From positions 434,001 through 498,000 of the forward strand of contig MCFH01000012.1 of the NCBI GenBank assembly GCA_002104945.1: 64,000 nt of DNA. The letters run 5' to 3'. The first letter of the stretch is position 1. Each line of letters opens with the position of its first letter. The notes under the pieces were generated by a model, which searched no databases, was not told where the DNA came from, and saw nothing but the letters and a program-made list of their open reading frames with translations. Below are positions 59,523 through 64,000 of the stretch, in pieces. The translations under genes and the position numbers were made by a program. Origin of the DNA: Piromyces finnis finn (taxonomy: Eukaryota > Fungi > Neocallimastigomycota).

Positions 59523-62500
59523 CCGTCTGATAAGCAATATTAACTTTCTCAATTTTCTATTTGCATTAAATTATTTTAAATTAAAAAAAAAAAAAGGAAC
59601 CACAATTATGGTATGGAATTGGTAAAATGTATGATCGTTATGGATCTTATGATCATGCTAAGAAAGCTTTCATTTCTGTCATAGAATTCGAACCAAATTT
59701 TGATAAAGCAAATGAAATTTATTTCCGCTTAGGTATTATATATAAGGAGCAAGGAGAGTTTGATAAAAGTTTAGAGGTACATTAAAAAAAAAAAAAAAAA
59801 GATTATCCTATCTTTTCATTATTACATTATTACACTACCTTTACTTTATCGCTGACCTATATTATTCTATGATTATTTTATTATTACTTTATTATTAACC
59901 TATACTATCCTATAATTATCCTATTATTACTCTATTATCATCACTTTATTATTACATCACTATCAACCTAATATTATCATATCATTAATGTATTATTATA
60001 CTATTATTAAATCCTATTATTCAACGGCATATTATAAACGTTAGTGTTTCAAATACATTTTAACTTATCCACCATCGCCACTAACTGAAATTGATATCTG
60101 GTTCCAAATTGGCAGAGTATATGAGCAACAAAAGAAATTTGCATTAGCTAAAGAAGCTTTCGAAAAAGTAAAAGCTGCCAATCCAAAACATGCCAAGGTT
60201 TTACAACATCTTGGTTGGCTTTATCACCAACCAAATACTGATTTTGCAAATCAAGATGAAGCTATAAGATATTTAAAAGCCTCACTTAATTCAGATAAAA
60301 GTGATGCTCAAACATGGTATCAATTAGGTCGTTGTTATATGGCACAAAGTAAACATAATGATGCTTATGAAGCCTATCAACAAGCGGTGTAAGTATCTTT
60401 TGGCATTAATAATTATAATACAAAATATTGTGGTACATTCTTTCTATGTGACAAGTTCGTTTAATGATATATTCATATATTTATATATTCATATTATAAA
60501 ATATAATAATAAAATAATAGACTCATTGATGGTAAGGATCCAAGATTCTGGTGTTCTATTGGTGTATTATATTTCCAAATTAGTCAAGTAAGTTTTAACA
60601 CCTTCCTCTTTATTAATCTTTAAAAAAAAATTTTTTTAAAAGAATACGTTTTCTAAAAATAAATTTCATTATTTATACCATTAGTATCGTGATGCTTTGG
60701 ATGCTTATCATAAAGCTATACAATTAAATCCAAATATCAGTGAAGTCTGGTTCAATTTAGGTACTTTATACGAAAAATGTAATAATCAAATTAAAGATGC
60801 CATTGATGCTTATCAAAAGGCATTAGAATTAAATCCAAATGAAGTCATGTTTAAACAAAGAATCCAACAATTAAGAAAAATTCAAGCTCAAGGAGGGTTA
60901 GTAGATAATAAAAAAAAACGAATGGAATTATATATATATATTGCCTCTTTTTTTTAAGAGTTTTTTTTTTTTAAAAAAAAAAAACATTTATCTGTTTTTA
61001 AAAAAAAAAAAAAAAAAAAAATTGAATAATATTTTATTTTTATTCTCAAGAGTTATTACTAATAATAAATTCTGGTAATGCTTTATTTCTTTTTAAATAG
61101 TTCCCAACCATTACCAAATCAATTACCAATGCCACAAGAAATGAGTTCCAATTACAAGGTATATATTTAGTATAAAATATTAGAGTTACATTAATCGTTA
61201 TTAAGAAAATAAGAAATTGATCTATATCTTTTTCGTATTAATTAACAATGATTTTCCTTTTTTTTTTTTTTAATTATAGAATTACAATAATTCATTACAT
61301 AATAATGACAATAAAGAATTGTCAGTACCAAATTCTGTTAGAAGTAGAAATAATTCCCCAAGGAATATTGAAATAAAAAAAGAAAATGGACTTCAAAATG
61401 ATATGAGAGGAGACTCATCTCGTGAAAATAGTATGAATGGAATAAATAGAATGAACATGCGAGGAAAAAGAAATCAAAATCAATCACCACGCAATAAAAA
61501 TATAACACCAGATCGTCAAATGACACCGGTAATGGTAAAAACATCACCAGCACAACCACAACCACAACCAATGAATCAAGCATCACCTAATCAACCACCA
61601 AATTCTGCACCACCAATGAGTCAAACACCACAACTTATGAAACCAATGAAAATAGAAGCCCAACATACCCAACCTTCACCAAACTACCTCCCACCACAAT
61701 CTTCCCAACCAATGCCATTAAATAAAATGGATAAAATGAACGCACCTATGAAAGATGACTATATGAAACGTGATTATAATAATAATGGGGGTAATATGAA
61801 TAATGCTATTGGAAATAATATGAATATCCCTCCTCCACCACCTCCTTCAATGAATAATCCAATGAATAATATGAATGGTGGCCCACCTACACCAATGAAC
61901 AATAACATGAATAATAACATTATGAATAATAATGGTAATAATACCATGAACACTGGCAATATGAACAATAATATGAATAATAATGGTAATAATACCATGA
62001 ACACTGGCAACATGAACAATAATATGAATAATAATGGTAATAATACCATGAACACTGGCAACATGAACAATAATATGAATAATAATGGTAATAATACCAT
62101 GAATAGTGGCAACATGAATAACAATAATATGAATAATATGAATAACAATAATAACAGTATAAACAGTAACAATAGTATGAATAATAATATGAATATGATT
62201 AATATGAACAATAAACAACCTTCTTCACTTCCACCCGACAATAATCCTCAAAACTATGATGTAATTAATACACTAGCATCATTAGCAAATGTAGCTACTG
62301 CTGTTGATAATAGAATGGACGGTCGTCCAGATCCTCGTTATAACCCCCCAAATAATAATGGCAATGGTAATAATAATGGTTAGTTTTTTTTTTTTTTTTA
62401 ACAATATTTATTTAATTAAATGAAATAGATAGATAGATAGATATAGATGTAAGCTAGCGTTTCTCTAAGAACCATCATTTGGGGCTTACTCTGATAGATG

Positions 62501-62558
62501 AGAGAAATGCACTCGGAAATTAAAAAAAAAAAAAGATATAGATGTAGATAGATATTTT

Positions 62559-62593
<35 letters not shown>

Positions 62594-63868
62594 TTCCAAA
62601 TAGAAATATATTATTTAATAATGCTATTGATTTGTATTTAACATGATGTGTTTAAAATAAATAATTTTAAAAAAAAAAAAAAATTATAATCATTAATAGT
62701 ATATAACAATTATATTTAAATAAATATAGACATGAGCAATAATGACAAAAGAATGATGCCAAATATGAATAATCCAATGCCACCACCAAACAAGCCAAAC
62801 TTGAATCAAAACACCAACAGTAATAATAACAACAACAATAATAATAATAATAGCAACAGTAGCAATAATAACAATGCAAATCAAAATAAGAGTCCAATAG
62901 GAAACCAAGGATCTTCAGATAAAGCCTTACCCATGAATAATGAAGCCGTTAAAAATTCTAATAGTCTTTTTGATAATATAAGAAATCCAAATTCTAGTGT
63001 TCTACCAAATCAAAATAACAATTCAAATGGAAATACAAGCAGCAGTAACAATAATAGCATTAGTGACAAAAATAAGATAAATGAAAATCCAAATCCTATG
63101 AAACCAGGACCAATGAATCGTATCAATAGTACTTCATCCAACAGTATAAATGCATCAACTCCAATGAAAGAAGATAATTCATCGAAGGTTTCTCCACGTT
63201 CAATGTCAGCTTCTAGTATCAATCATTCCAACAATGTCTCTTCTCAACAAATGAATAATACTAATTCTAAAAGCATATCTATGAATATTAATAATAGCAA
63301 TGGTAATAATATTATTATGAATAATAATAATCTTAATAACAATATTCTTCCTACTACCCCTTCAAATCTAAATTCCGATCCAAAAAATAGCCTTATGGAC
63401 AATAGAAATACTAACACAAAGACAAATACCATTGCAGGTAACACGAGCAGTACCAACAACATTAAATCTAACACTACCTCAATGAATACACCAATTAATA
63501 CACCAATTAACGCTCCAATGAATACGTCAATTAATATCAGTAGTCAAAGTAGCAATAAGTTAAATAATAGTCAAAACAACACTAATACCAATAATCCGAA
63601 TAAAGCTAATATACCAACACCAAAGCCAAATACATCATCCATTAATAACCCATCTACAATGGCTATTAAACAACAACCATCCTTTGACAAAAAAGAAAAT
63701 ATCAATAATAATAATGATAATGGAAAGCTTTTAAATAATCCAAGTGTAGGAAGTCCAATAAATAATGTCGGTATTGGTAACAAAAGAATATACAATGAAA
63801 ATAGTAGTACAAATGATATTAATAATGATCCTAAAAGACTCAAGACAATGATGGAACCAAAAAAATAA
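58978..63868 (+). CDS. CYC8: General transcriptional corepressor Cyc8/Ssn6 (TPR array plus N/M/P-rich low-complexity tail)
   Basis: Diagnostic TPR motifs EVWGMLGHCYL, EPQLWYGIG, EIYFRLGIIYK, DIWFQIG, VLQHLGWLYHQ, QTWYQLGRCYM, FWCSIGVLYFQ, YRDALDAY and EVWFNLGTLYE. GT-AG introns. TAA at 63866-63868. Confidence 0.95.
61922..62125 (+). repeat. Coding tandem repeat, 4 x 51 bp (MNNNGNNTMNTGNMNNN)
   Basis: Direct reading inside a CYC8 exon. Confidence 0.9.
62452..62533 (+). mobile_element. SINE copy 3: 82-nt 3' end with poly(A) in a CYC8 intron, flanked by a 13-bp target-site duplication
   Basis: Matches the 3' ends of the other copies. TSD agatatagatgta at 62439-62451 and 62534-62546. Confidence 0.9.
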
Positions 63869-64000
63869 AAAGTTTTGTTTTTCTTTTTTTTATCAGTTAT
63901 TTCCCCCTTTTTCTTTTTATTTTTATTTTTAAAAAATAGTAATATTTTTAATGTTTTTTTTTTTTTTTTTTCAATAGTTTATAAAATATTGAACATCATT

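Noticed and set aside
62470-62495. GGGGCTTACTCT resembling RNase MRP CR-V, and CTGAAGA in the SINE resembling a hammerhead core
   Set aside because: No CR-I (GAAAGTCCCC) partner for P4. The hammerhead-like word lacks stem II and is not conserved in copy 2.
61338-63843. Hydrophobic antisense ORFs over CYC8, and similar antisense ORFs over the kinase, CFT1, HMG, expansin and LINE genes
   Set aside because: Shadow frames of low-complexity sense-strand coding sequence.

Overview
Very AT-rich, intron-rich eukaryotic DNA. The gene content points to an anaerobic gut fungus (Neocallimastigomycota); this is inferred, not proven. Seven apparently intact multi-exon or single-exon host genes plus one bacterial-type gene are present: an Asteroid/XPG-like PIN nuclease (-), a large beta-helix/EGF/class-C-type 7TM receptor (-), a CaMK1-type kinase (+), CPSF160/CFT1 (+), an Nhp10/Nht1-like HMG-box protein (-), an intronless bacterial-type hexapeptide O-acetyltransferase (-), a secreted expansin-like DPBB + CBM35-like protein (+) and CYC8/SSN6 (+). 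The left end holds a frameshifted partial duplicate of the receptor. It is fused to a scrambled, internally inverted GHKL-ATPase/DUF3883 pseudogene. From 48.7 to 54.7 kb lies a nested retroelement complex: an APE+RT LINE ORF interrupted by an antisense poly(A)-tailed element, followed by a duplicated LINE fragment. The most notable unexplained system is a tRNA-Ala-derived SINE family. It has four pieces in the window, one with a clean 13-bp target-site duplication, plus a covarying 3' stem-loop and an invariant GC-rich hairpin, and it sits beside its probable partner LINE. Exon boundaries were read by eye and are approximate. No database searches were run.
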